This document shows positions 40,741 to 53,386 of a stretch of 64,000 nt of DNA, one piece after another. Numbering within the stretch: position 1 is the stretch's first letter; each line of letters opens with the position of its first letter. The stretch lies in the NCBI GenBank assembly GCA_039096225.1, contig JBBPEB010000029.1, positions 186,001-250,000 on the forward strand. The letters run 5' to 3'. The notes under the pieces are model-generated. The model saw nothing but the letters and a program-made list of their open reading frames with translations. It searched no databases and was not told the origin of the DNA. Made by a program: the position numbers and the translations under genes. The DNA is from Blastocystis sp. Blastoise (lineage: Eukaryota > Protista > Bigyra: Opalinata).

Positions 40741-41368
40741 AGATCTCAACCCTTAATTTATCTCCAAAACCTCTCTGGACACTTCTCCAGGCCTATATAC
40801 AACCATTATATATACCTAAAGGAACTAGTATTTATATTATATATTATATTATATATTATATTATATATTATATTATATAGAGATAGTCGCAGTAGTTCTC
40901 AACTCACAATTTCCCACCAAACAGATGTGCGTCACGGTTGTTGGAGCACTTCTTATGTGTAATTCTAGTTATTCTCTCTCTATTCCTCCTCGCACTATTT
41001 CTCCCGCCAATCTCTATCCCGCCATATATTCCCTCCTTCTTCCTTATCTCTCGTCTCTCACCTCACCTCCTCTCTATCTAGCAACATTAAAAGAGATAAC
41101 CGCGGGAATGACCAGATGTCTTACCAAAATGACACCTCTTACAAAATAATATTCTTGAAATGAGCAGAACTCCAGTTTGTCTTCAGTATATAATTCTATT
41201 TCTGACTCTCTCTACCCTTGTGTCCTATCATCTGTATCTTCTCTTCGTTATCTCTCTCTCCTCCTCCTTCAACAACTCATCAACCGGGTATAGCATTATT
41301 ATTATTATTATTATTATTATTATGCTTATTATTAATATTTTTATTATATAGACTTTTGGATAATTGAT
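38834..41368 (+). pseudogene. SCC2: Captured internal fragment of the cohesin loader SCC2/NIPBL (PHD finger + HEAT repeats), disrupted
   Basis: PHD motif CDRCHRWFHCVCVG..WYCEDC precedes HEAT repeats (IRTQAAI..EYNPQV.., DDGVSVQKVSCKML resembling SCC2 DtGvSVRK, ..LINRGLL resembling QGLvhP). Introns are retained. In-frame TAA at 39798-39800, frameshift near 41140, both termini missing. Confidence 0.72.
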
Positions 41369-42277
41369 TTAGATATTAAAATAATGATAAGTCTCCCATG
41401 TATATATATATTTATAATACTATATCAATATATATATATATATTAAATTATGGTTATTATTATAATCATGTATATATAGGATAGAAAGAAGTTTCATATA
41501 TATTCATATTATAATGATATATTACTATTTATATACTATATATTATCTTGTTTATTTATCTTGTACTGTGTTTTAATTACTTAAATATTACTCTTTTTGT
41601 TTTGTAGTATTTAGGAATAAAATTGTTTAGAATTCTTTTAGAATAATATGAAAAAGGAGTAAGTTTCAGTCTACTTTATATTTTAATAAATTACATTCTC
41701 TATTATGTCTTAAACAACTTGATAACCTTTTAAAAAGCCTCAGTTTATTCAGTCACTTATAATAATCGATAATTCGTCTTAATAAAACTTATAAAAAACA
41801 AAAGTCTATAAATTATGAATCATGTCTCTATAAGTAATTATACTAAATATATATTTTGATTCTTTAGGATCTTCATAGTATAAATTAAATATTATTATAT
41901 AAAATTAGCAGACAAATATATTTAATTCAAATTATACTTTTAAAAATAACGATTCTTTTGTTTTAATAAGTCTGGAAACATGTTATAATTAAATAATTTA
42001 GGTTCATAAGCACATAATACATTTATAAATCAATTTTACACTCAAATAGACTTATTAGAAGAGAAAAGGGAAAATTTTAAAAATGTTTTAACCCCTGGAA
42101 ACAACGATTTTCTACAGATTTTTATTGTATAAAAAAAATATAACTAGGGGGAATTTCTCTTTGTTTTTAAGATTCAATATTTTCACATATTTATTTTTAT
42201 TTTTATTTTTTTACAACTATATTTTGTATATTATAAAATGTATATATATATTTTTTTATTTATCTTATACTCTATAG

Positions 42278-42818
42278 GCTTACTGGTGTATCAAAATGAT
42301 TTCAAATAGGTCGCAATTGGTCTTCGTTTTTATAGGTATGTTTCCTTTTCATTTATTTCATTCTCTATAGTTAACTCATGACCTGCGGGATCCAGGTGAT
42401 CAGAAATCTGGTGTTATAAACGGTATATATTTTTAGCATTCTCTTTGTTATTATTATTATCATCTTCTATAGGTTTAGGTGTTGTTAGTTGTCTCCTTAG
42501 TCAGCAACTCACTGGTTCTGAAGGTATTTTATTATATTTTATTTTTTTGAAATTAACTATTTTTATTTTTATTTAGGTTTTAGGTCCTTCATGAGGTCTC
42601 TATTGGTCTAGTCTGTTTGGTGGTTGAAGGTATATTGCTATATTATATTTATTTTTTTACATTCTTTTTTTATAGTGTTTGTTCTTCATTATGGGGTGTT
42701 CTACAAGTGGTATATGAAGGTATTTATTGATCTATTATATCTATTCTATTATTTCTATCATTATATATATATAGTGATCCAAAATCCTTCTCAATTGACT
42801 CAAAATCAACAAAAATAA
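42278..42818 (+). ncRNA. Putative six-exon non-coding transcript in the CACTA right subterminal region
   Basis: Regular 45-60 nt exons flanked by TAG acceptors and GTAT donors (starts near 42278, 42371, 42473, 42577, 42677, 42775). The spliced product has only short ORFs. Confidence 0.4.
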
Positions 42819-43520
42819 CTATTATATTTATTATTTTCTTATAGTTTTAATTTTTATCTTATTATTTATCGTCTTTTATTATTATATTGTTTATTATCAT
42901 TCACACAACGATTAAATAAATGAAAAAAATAATGAACGAATGAAAAGAAAGACCATATCCGACAAAATTAACCTATTTTTTGGCTACTCTTTTCGCCTAG
43001 CTGAAAAAATGCTTAAATTTTAACAAGCAAAATTTCTCATTAGAGGTATTTTTATATTCACGATTATACCTGACGGTGAATAGAGCTCTCGGTGGACTCT
43101 CGGCATTTTAGGGTGTGTCATCCTTATTCACTGTTTTCCCTGTCGCCAAAATCACGAAAACCTATTCCCATTTTTTCACGAAACAATTATTGGGGAAACC
43201 TCACTAAAACTTCAAACTACCTTTTCACTAAAAAAAAAAAACGACGGTAGTGAATGATAAAAAGGTTTTATGAAAATCAAATTAATTATAATTGATATGT
43301 AATCCTAAGCTCACTTTATTATTCTAGCAAATGACCAACACATAAAAAACATTGTTCAATTAGAATCTATACATTTTCCGCTATGTAATCATAAAAAATA
43401 AATATATCAAAATAATAATAATAATTGTGATTATTCGTGTTTTTTCTGGAGATTTTTTAAAATTGTATTTTTTTTCATACTTTATATAAAGAATATATAT
43501 TTTCTTTTAAAACGTTACTT

Positions 43521-46500
43521 ATGGACTTAATTGTCATTGCTGATGACTATGGGTAGATTAAATTCATAAAATATATCTATTTTGATGTTTAGTTATTCTC
43601 CAGAACGGGATATGGTAATCATTGATTCCTTTAAAAATGGTATTGTTCGTGGTTCATCGCTTCTAGTATATTTTATTATCATTCCAAGACTATTTTATAT
43701 TTAGGTGAATGGATATTCAGCAGAAATGTCGGTACCTAAAGCAAAAGAATGTGGTCTAGAACTTGGATTACATTTGAATTTTTCTGAAGGTATTCCTGTA
43801 TCACCAATCAATCAAGTTTCAAGTCTTGTCATTCAAAATGATCGAGGTCAACATGTCTTTCGTGGTAAACAAGGATTCCGTAATGCTGTAGATGATGGAA
43901 TAGTTTCTCTTGATGATATACAAACAGAAACTATAGCTCAAGTATGAATAATTCAAAATCTTAACTGATTTAATTCATAATACTTTTTTAAAATATAGGT
44001 TGAACGTTTTAAATTATTCTATGGTTCTTATCCAGTTTATTTTGATGGCCATCAACATATTCATATTATTCCACAATTAGTTCCATTACTAGCAAAAATA
44101 CTATCTAGTTATCATGTTCATTATACTCGTTTACCGTTAGATAACGATGAAGAATCTGGTTGGATAACGGATGAAACACAAAAGGAAGCGCACGTGAAAC
44201 ATTTTTATAATGTATAGAGATATTTTTTGTATATATTGTTATGTTTTTAATGATTTAGTTTTTTTATATTTTTAATGTTTATTTATTATATATATAAATA
44301 ATTATATTCTATATATTCTTTGTATATGTATATATACTTGTTTCTAGTCCTTAAAAGTTCGTCAAATATATAAAGAATATAATTTCTTGTGTCCTATTGG
44401 CTTAGGTATGTCTATTGGCGGGAAGAATATGTCCATTCAACGTATTAATAATATATTATTGAAATTCCCACGGGAAAAATCACAATATAATGTTTTTGAA
44501 ATGATGGTATTTAATAATAAGATTAATAATAATAATAATAAGATTAATAATAATAATAATAATAATAAGATTAATAATAATAATAATAATAATAAGATTA
44601 ATAATAATAATAATAAGATTAATAATAATAATAATATATATATATAGACCCATCCAGGTATTCCTTATAAAGATCGTACGAAAGGGGGATGTGGTGAGGG
44701 ATCTGACGATTTCTCCCAATCAGAAGATCGTGTTCATGAACATAATATCTTAACTAGTACCTATTTGAGAGATATATTAACTGAAAAAGGAGTTCGTTTT
44801 TGTTCTTATTCAGAAAGTAAATTAAATACAATGAAAAGTCGTATATATATACATATATTTTTTTACTATTTTTTAATATTTTTCTTTATAAATATGATAT
44901 ATATATATAGCAACAGATTTTACTACTTCGAAACGTCGTATTTTAATGCTTTCTTCTTTAAAAGAAGGAACAGGAAATACAATAACATGTTATAGAATCT
45001 ATAATTATTTCTTTTCTTTAAATTATTCTGTACATATATTTGATACAACTGATAATTGTACACAAGAAGCGTTTCAAGCCGTTTTAAGCCGTTGGAATCC
45101 GAATCTTATCGTTGCTATTCATGCATATCGATCTGGAAAATATGTAGTTAAGCAATCTATTCCCTATGTATTAGTACTTGGAGGTATATATATATAGTAT
45201 TCTATATTATATTATATTATATTATATTATATTATATTATATTATATTATATTATATTATATTATATTATATTATATTATATTATATTATATTATATTAT
45301 ATTATATTATTCTATATCACATTATTCTATACTATATTATTCTATACTATATTATTCTATACTATATTATTCTATACTATATTATTCTATACTATATTAT
45401 TCTATACTATATTATTCTATACTATATCAACCATTATATAAAAATTATACGATATATATTGTATCTTATAAAATAATATTTTCGTTTATAGGTACAGATA
45501 TTAATGTTGCCGTACAAGATCCATCAAAAAAAGATATTATTGCCAAAGTATTTACAAATGCACGTCACGTGATTGCATTTACAGATTCGATGTACGAAAG
45601 AGCACAATCATTTATTAAAGAAATGAAAATTAGCACTTCTGTACCTATCTCTATTATTCCTCAAGGATGTGTATTTTCTTCGTTCTCTTCTTCTTCCTCT
45701 CTTCGTGAATCTTTACATCTTTCTTCAACGGATAAACTTATTCTTCTCCCCGCGGGAATACGACCTGTATCTTTTAAAACTAGTATTCTATTTTATTAAC
45801 TTATTTGACTTCTTTTATTATATGGAATATATATATATATAGGTAAAGAATATATTATATTTATTTAAATGTATATATGAATGGTATAAACGTGATCCAT
45901 CAATTTATTTGTGTTTCTTAGGTCCTATTTTAGATAGAGACTATGCTAAAATTGTATATATATATAATATATATATATATAATTATTTTACATACTACTA
46001 TTTATTATATATATATATAAATAGGTATTTTCATATATTCCAAATGAAAATATTCATATAGAGTTATGTACATGTTCAAATGAGTTATTTATTGAAAAAC
46101 AAAAGGAATTATATACTAATATCCACTTTCATTGCCCACTCTCTCATGATCTTTTCTTAAAATGTCTGAAAGATGCTGATTTATGTATTAATTCATCAGA
46201 TTCTGAAGGACAAGCTGCTATTGTAAATATATATCTAATATTTATATATTTATTATTTATATATTTATTATACTTATTATTAAAAAGATTATTATTATTA
46301 TTATATATATATATAGATTGAAGAAGCTTGGTTATGTGAAACTGTAATGGTAGCACGTGACAATGAGGGTAATAGACACACAATTACTCCTAATTATAAC
46401 GGATTTTTATTTAATTCTTGTGAAGAGTTTATTCAACAATCTGAAACGATTTTAAACGACGCACGTGAATATAATACTATTTGCATGAATGCTATAAAGT

Positions 46501-46637
46501 ATATATATATATATTATTTTTTATATATTTTATATATATTCTTTTTATATTTTTCTATATATAGAACTTTAAATGATATTTATAATCCTGAAATTGAAAA
46601 ACAAAAATATAATGATATTATAAAGCAATATCTATAA
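43521..46637 (+). CDS. YdjC-family carbohydrate deacetylase fused to a GLT1D1-like GT4 glycosyltransferase
   Basis: YdjC motifs IADDYG, GLHLNFSEG, FDGHQHIH, MTHPG splice in frame (..MKSP|TDFTTSKRRILML) to GT motifs GTGNTITCYRI, AIHAYRSG, GGTDIN, LPAGIRPVK, NSSDSEG, ARDNEGN. Confidence 0.85.
45206..45425. repeat. Intronic (TATAT)n followed by a 15-bp (TATTCTATACTATAT)n repeat
   Basis: Directly visible tandem units. Confidence 0.9.
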
Positions 46638-47046
46638 TTTATATATATATATATTATTTAATAAAGAATATTTCTTTTTTCAATATTAATTCTATTCATA
46701 GTATTTAATACTAAAATATAACTGCTTTCCTAAATAACTACTTTATTGTTTTTTAATATATTATTATATATTTTATTATATGTTCACACAAAGTTTATAT
46801 CTTATATATATATATAATTTAATAGTTTATCATTTTAAAACAGTTTATACATTAAAAATAACAAATCATAAGAAAACTATTAACATAATAGTTAATAATA
46901 TATTTCATATACATACATAACAGTTTAGCAATTATAATTAAAAATAAGGATTAAGATTAGTATTCAACATATAAATATATTGTATAAAAACGATATAAAT
47001 ATTCAGTATATATAATATTTCATTCATGATTTATAAATCATATTGA

Positions 47047-47764
47047 TTATGCATTACATACTTTTACATTTAAATACGGAGAATAATCTCTTTTATATAT
47101 ATCAAGTAATTCCTTATATTTTGAATAATTATTATTATCTATATATATAAATATTTATTTATATAGTAACATATACTATAAATACAAATATTTATACTTA
47201 CCAAATGATGTTAATTGAATATATCTTAAACAAGGAACTGAATTATTTATAATTAAATGAATTACTTTTTCCATATATATCTCATCCTTTATACCTATAT
47301 ATATATATATATAGAATAGAAAATAATAATAATATATATATATACGTAAATTTAAACAAATAATATTTTTACAATAATCTTGTTTTAATTGATTATCTAT
47401 ATATTTATAATATAGATTATTATCTTTCGTTTTTTCGTTAAAACAACTATCTATAAGAATAGATGTAATTGGTTTATGGGCATAAAATGAAAATGAAGGA
47501 AAACACTCGAATACATTAAGCGAAATTGAATTATCTATATATATATATTTAATAATAATAATATATAAAACATCATGACAAAAAGAAATCAATGAATGAT
47601 AACTATTACTATTCTTTATAAATATAGATATTAAAAAAATTGAAATATTTATGTATACATTTATAAAAGATAATATTGAATGTATTCAGAAGAGGAAGAG
47701 ATAGAATAGAGTCTGTTTTAAAACATTCAATAAATTCAAGGAAATCTGATATATTAAAAGAATC

Positions 47765-47796
<32 letters not shown>

Positions 47797-48880
47797 AATT
47801 ATAAGAATAGAATCAAATAACTTACTACAATAATTAAATTCTAATGATTTTAATTTATTTAATTGTTTAGATTTAAAAAAACATATTAGGCTGTTTAATA
47901 TTTTGGTATTATTTTTATCATCTATATATATATATATATATCGTATGTATATAAAATATATACCTAAATCTAAAGATAATTGTTGAATATTTAACCAAAA
48001 AGGAAGTTTTATATATCTTTCGTTTAAAAATATAGAATTTCTAAAGAAATGACCTATATATATAGAAAGAATAATTTAAATAATAATACTATAAATAATA
48101 TAAAGAATATATAAATATATAGATAGCTAATATTTACCATTTAAAGTGAATTGTAACATATTATCCGAGAATAAAGAGAAAAAATGATAGATTTTGTCAT
48201 CTATTATATCCATATCAGTATCAATTAGTTTTTCTAGTTTGCTTTCAATCCTCTCATGAATATCTATATAATATATATATAGTTTAATATCTTAATTATA
48301 CATTTTATATTCAAACAATATTATTTAATATGATATATGTATAACATTAAATAAATATATAAATAAAATATATATAAATATACTAATATATAAATTTGAC
48401 ACATGTTCATAATTTCCATTGCATAGAAATGAAAAGTATTCATATATATATTCAAAAATATCATTTATATAAAGAAATTGAGTAACTAAGAAGATTCTAG
48501 TATAGTATATAATAATATAAATAAAATACATTCTATTGATAATGTTTTTAATTCAGAATAATTCATATTCTTATATATATTCTCTGTATTATGTAATGAA
48601 TCATAATGTGAACTTGAAATACCTAATATATATATTATAATATAAATATATATATATATACCTATTGTTAGTGATTGAAAAGGATATACACTCAAATCAA
48701 CTGATGAAACATCTTGAGTATAAACAAATATATCAGAAACTAGAGAATAAAAGAAATTTTAAAATGTAATAATACGATTATTTATATATAAATACAATCA
48801 TATTTAATATTTCCAATTGTTAAGAATCCATTATCATATAATTGTTTCCATCTTTGAGTAAATAAATAAACACATAAATC

Positions 48881-48921
<41 letters not shown>

Positions 48922-49483
48922 ACCTTTAATAGTGAAGTCATGTTGTTTCTTTGTCGTCCAAAGATTATTGTATATATATTCAACTACTGGAAGTGTATCA
49001 AAATAACCATTTTGTGAAGGTTGAATTGTATCAATTAAATATAATAAAGAACAAGGAATAAATACACTTATTTGAGATAACCCAGGATCAGAGAAAAAAT
49101 AAGTATTAAAAGTTTCTAAAATATATATATGCAATTTTGGAAAACGATCTCTTGTAATTAAGGATAACACGGTATTTAAATATCCAAAGTCAATTCCTTC
49201 CGTAGAATTCTCTAAAAATACAAGATCTATCTCTAATGTTGTTACATTTGGAAATACATGAGTTCGTATAATTTCTATAAATAATTGCAAATATTCAGGA
49301 TACATTCGTCTATTAATAACTATATATATAATAATAATAATAATAATAAATATAATATAATATAAATATAATATATATACATTTAGATATATTGAATATT
49401 TCTAAAGAAGAATATATTGAATCCTTTAATAATCTTAAGAATGGAGGGGTTTCAACTGTTAACAAGAATTCTGGTTGATTATC

Positions 49484-49516
<33 letters not shown>

Positions 49517-51021
49517 CAATAAAAAGTAAAGTATTTGATTTGTTTACATATAGATATATTTAATAGATAGGGTAGTACATCATTATAGTTACCATAATCT
49601 CTTCTATACATATATATATATATATATATATATGGAATATAATACAATAGTATATATATATACTCTAATATAGGATGTTGCTTATCAATTACTATAAAAA
49701 ATAATAATAATAAATAAATAAATATATATATATATATATATACTTCCATTACAATCAATAAATGAAAAAGCAAAACAATAATCAATTTTATGTTCTTGAA
49801 GAGATAAATGTTTATTTTCTTTTTCAATCATTTCTTCATTATATTCACGGGAATAATTAGATAAAGATAAAATATATAAATCTGGTTTCTCTTCTTCTTT
49901 TTCATTTCTTATTTCTTCATCAATATCTATATCTATATCTATAATTTCATGATGAATTTCTTCATCTTTTATCTTTTCAATACTCTCATTATTTTCAATA
50001 ATATTCTTAAGATATATATGGATTTGATCTTCTTTAAATATATTCTTCTCTATTTCTGGATGTTCATGCCTATATTCCCAATAAGATTCAGGATAATACT
50101 TTTCATAATATTGAAGTTTATATTCCTTATATAATAGTGTATAATGAATATCAGTTGGTTTTATTGGTATATATTTCTTTAAGGGATAATAAGAAGCTAT
50201 ATAATATATATATATATATAATAAATTATTATATACCTTTTATATTATAACGTTCCATCTTAGGGAATATCTCACATAAATTGGAGGGATATACATATTC
50301 ATAAGGAATTCTATCATCAAAACCATCTATTTTAAATAATAAAATGTGAATTAAATAAATATACATTGCAAATAAACCATTGTAACATTAAAATAGTCAA
50401 ATAAACACGAATATTTAAGAAATAATCGATTTCTTTCCTCAGTAAAAACATCTAAATAAAAAAAATATTACTTTAAACATTAATTAACAATAATACTTAC
50501 TATAAATAGTAATAGACAATGGCTTTTTTGAACCATAAAGATTATCATCATCTCTATATATTTAAACAAGTTTATTATTCATTTATATACAATATGCAAT
50601 TATTCTGTTCCATAAATATATGCAACGACTCAATAAAAATATCTTCTATTTTTACATGATACTCAATATAATCGTCCCTCAAGAAATATCTTATGGTTTT
50701 ATCTATTTCTATGAGTTCCTCAAAGGAAAAGGAATTCAAAGGAATAAAGTGGCACACAATTTCTATAAATGTATCTATACAGAATGGCGGAGAGTCTATG
50801 TAATATGCTTTTTCATCTTTCTGATAATTTTCAGAATTTTTATAGTTTAAGAATAATAAAGAATTTGGATATTTCTTCAAAAAAGACAATGGAATTTTTA
50901 TTCTCGTTTCATCTTGAAAGATAAAGTTTATTTCTGAGGCATCATTGTTATTAGCATCTATTAAGCTCAAATTTTCTTGTTTCTCAAGCATATCATGATT
51001 CTCTTCCCATTTTTCTGACAT
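47047..51021 (-). CDS. Multi-exon lineage-specific protein with N-terminal BTB-like domain (FQDET family)
   Basis: MSEKWEEN start at 51021, FIFQDETRIKIPLSFLKKYPNSLL..YYID motif, many GT-AG exons. Last exon ..PYLNVKVCNA* ends at 47047. Confidence 0.65.
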
Positions 51022-53386
51022 TTCTTGCAACTTTAATAAAGAAAAATTAAACTTGAATATGTAAACAATATTAGAAATATGATTATTACTGTATCTTATT
51101 GTTAAGCAAGCCAATAATAAAAAAACAAAAAATAGTTTTCACAAAGAAAAATACTATAATAAAAAACTGGAATGTAAATGTGTCACTATTTATTCATGAT
51201 TATTTGAAGAATAAGAGTTTTCTAAAAAAATAATCGTGAAATATTCAAGACATATATATTCCTTTATAGTTAACGTTATTTTCATAATTAGCAGTTAAAA
51301 ATTGATGTCTCTATGTAAGAAATGAATAGAAAGCTATCAGTGATCCTTCTCCTCTTTTTAACAACAATTGATGCTTTGACATCATGACTGAATATCCTTG
51401 TTTTTTGTTTTTATAAGAAATATGAGATATAGAGAAGATAATATGATTATCTTGATTAATATTTTAATCATATTTTGGTGAATTGCTGTTTTTTCTAATT
51501 GAAATATATGTGAAACTAAGAATTGATAATCTCATTCAATATACAACAAACAAAGTCAGTACTAAAACATTTCCATTATAGCCTATTATTCAAATTATTC
51601 AACACTTCCATTTTATCTCAAAAATATAATCAATAAATCATAAATAAATAGCTCATATTTGTTAATATAGTTCTATAGATATCAAATATGTAAACTTATC
51701 TACTGAATAAATATTAAACCACAGTTTATTTTGACCATTTCAAAACTCATTCTAAAAGAATAGATCTTCAAGTAAATAATGAGTTAGTTTAAAACTTGGA
51801 ATAAGTATTAATATAATCAATGAAGTTGTAGTGTTTATTCTTAAAAAGAAATGTCACTTTTTAAAAAATTATTACTCAGTCTTGATAAAAGAAAATTATC
51901 ACTTCAGAAGGAATAAGCTCAAGTCATATATTTTATAAAATAATATATCATAACAATATATTTTGAAACAATGATTTTTATTTTTATCTTTTTTAGTCTC
52001 TTTTTTAAATAAATAAATGATATAAATAGAAAATGATGCAATTTAATATATTAAATTAATATATATATCTATTTAATTAGTTAAGAAACAAAACTAATTA
52101 AGAAATAATGAAATTATTAAAAAAACTGGCTTTTTACTAGAATTTCCTTCTTTATAAACTGGGTATACTTATGAAAAAGAAAACTAGATTCTTTCATTTT
52201 TATTTTATTTGCTATATTGTTGAAAATGGAAAGTGATAGTAATTCTTTAAAAGTAACTGATGTTATTGATGATAATAGTACTGCTACTCAACTTGAAAGA
52301 GAGAAAAGTGATTTTATCAGTATCCTAAAAAATGAAATTACCGTTTCTACTCAATATAATGAATGCATTAAGATGCTAGTAAATGAATTAATAAAGGATC
52401 TCAAAGTAAATGATGATATAAATGAAGATGACAATCATGTAACTGTAGATGTGCCTATATATATCACCGAATCTGATGTAACTACAAAAATTGATAATGA
52501 TAATGGAATTGATTATATTCGATTCACGAATAATGGTGGAGTTTATTCTCTTCCTAAAAGAATAACAAATAGTTTAGTAGGAACATTTTTATATGAACAA
52601 TGTCAAGAGAATCAAAAAACTAATGATGGTAATATTTTTTTAGATTATCGTGGTGATGAAACACTTTTTCCTTTATTAATTGATTCTTTAATGAATGAGT
52701 CAATTAATGTTGATCAACTAGTGTTAAAAGATCAACTTGAATTATTAGATTCATTTAAATATTGTGAATTACTTATTCCTAAAGAATTAATGAAAGTTCA
52801 TTACTAAAGAGATCATAATATGAAACCATATAAAGAAAATGATAATGTTCTTCTTTATATAAGTGGAAAGAAAGATGAATTATTAAGAGATTATTTGAGA
52901 AAGACTGGCTTATGGAATAAGATTGTTGATGAATATGATGATGGATATGTAGATTATGAGAAAAGAAGGATGAAATATATATGAAGATGAATTATATATA
53001 TATTGATCATATTTATGAATATATTCAATATAATTGTATTTATATTTCTGAAGAGGAGATACAAAATATAAATAAAGAATTATTAGAGAATGAGCTGTAT
53101 AGTTTATTTGGTGATAAAGGAAGAAATAGTGTAAAGAATGGATGAAATATTAATGTTTCATTTCTTCATTCATATATAGTTGATCCTTCTACAAAAGTTT
53201 CTTTAATGAATTGGCTTGGTACAGAAAAGAGATGGAAATTATTATTTAGGTATATATTTTTTATATATTATATAATTATATATATAAAGCAAGTGAACAT
53301 AATTATTCAAAAGACGAATTTCATAAATATTGTGATAATAAAGGAGAAACAGTAACTATAATAAAACATATAGGTCATAATAATCA

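Larger units (their letters stand above)
7977..43252 (+). mobile_element. Giant CACTA (EnSpm) DNA transposon, 35,276 bp including the nested MULE
   Basis: Left end CACTACTGTCGTTTT at 7977 and right end AAAACGACGGTAGTG ending at 43252 form a 14/15 inverted match. 3-bp TSD AAT at 7974-7976 and 43253-43255. A CACTA transposase lies inside. Confidence 0.88.
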
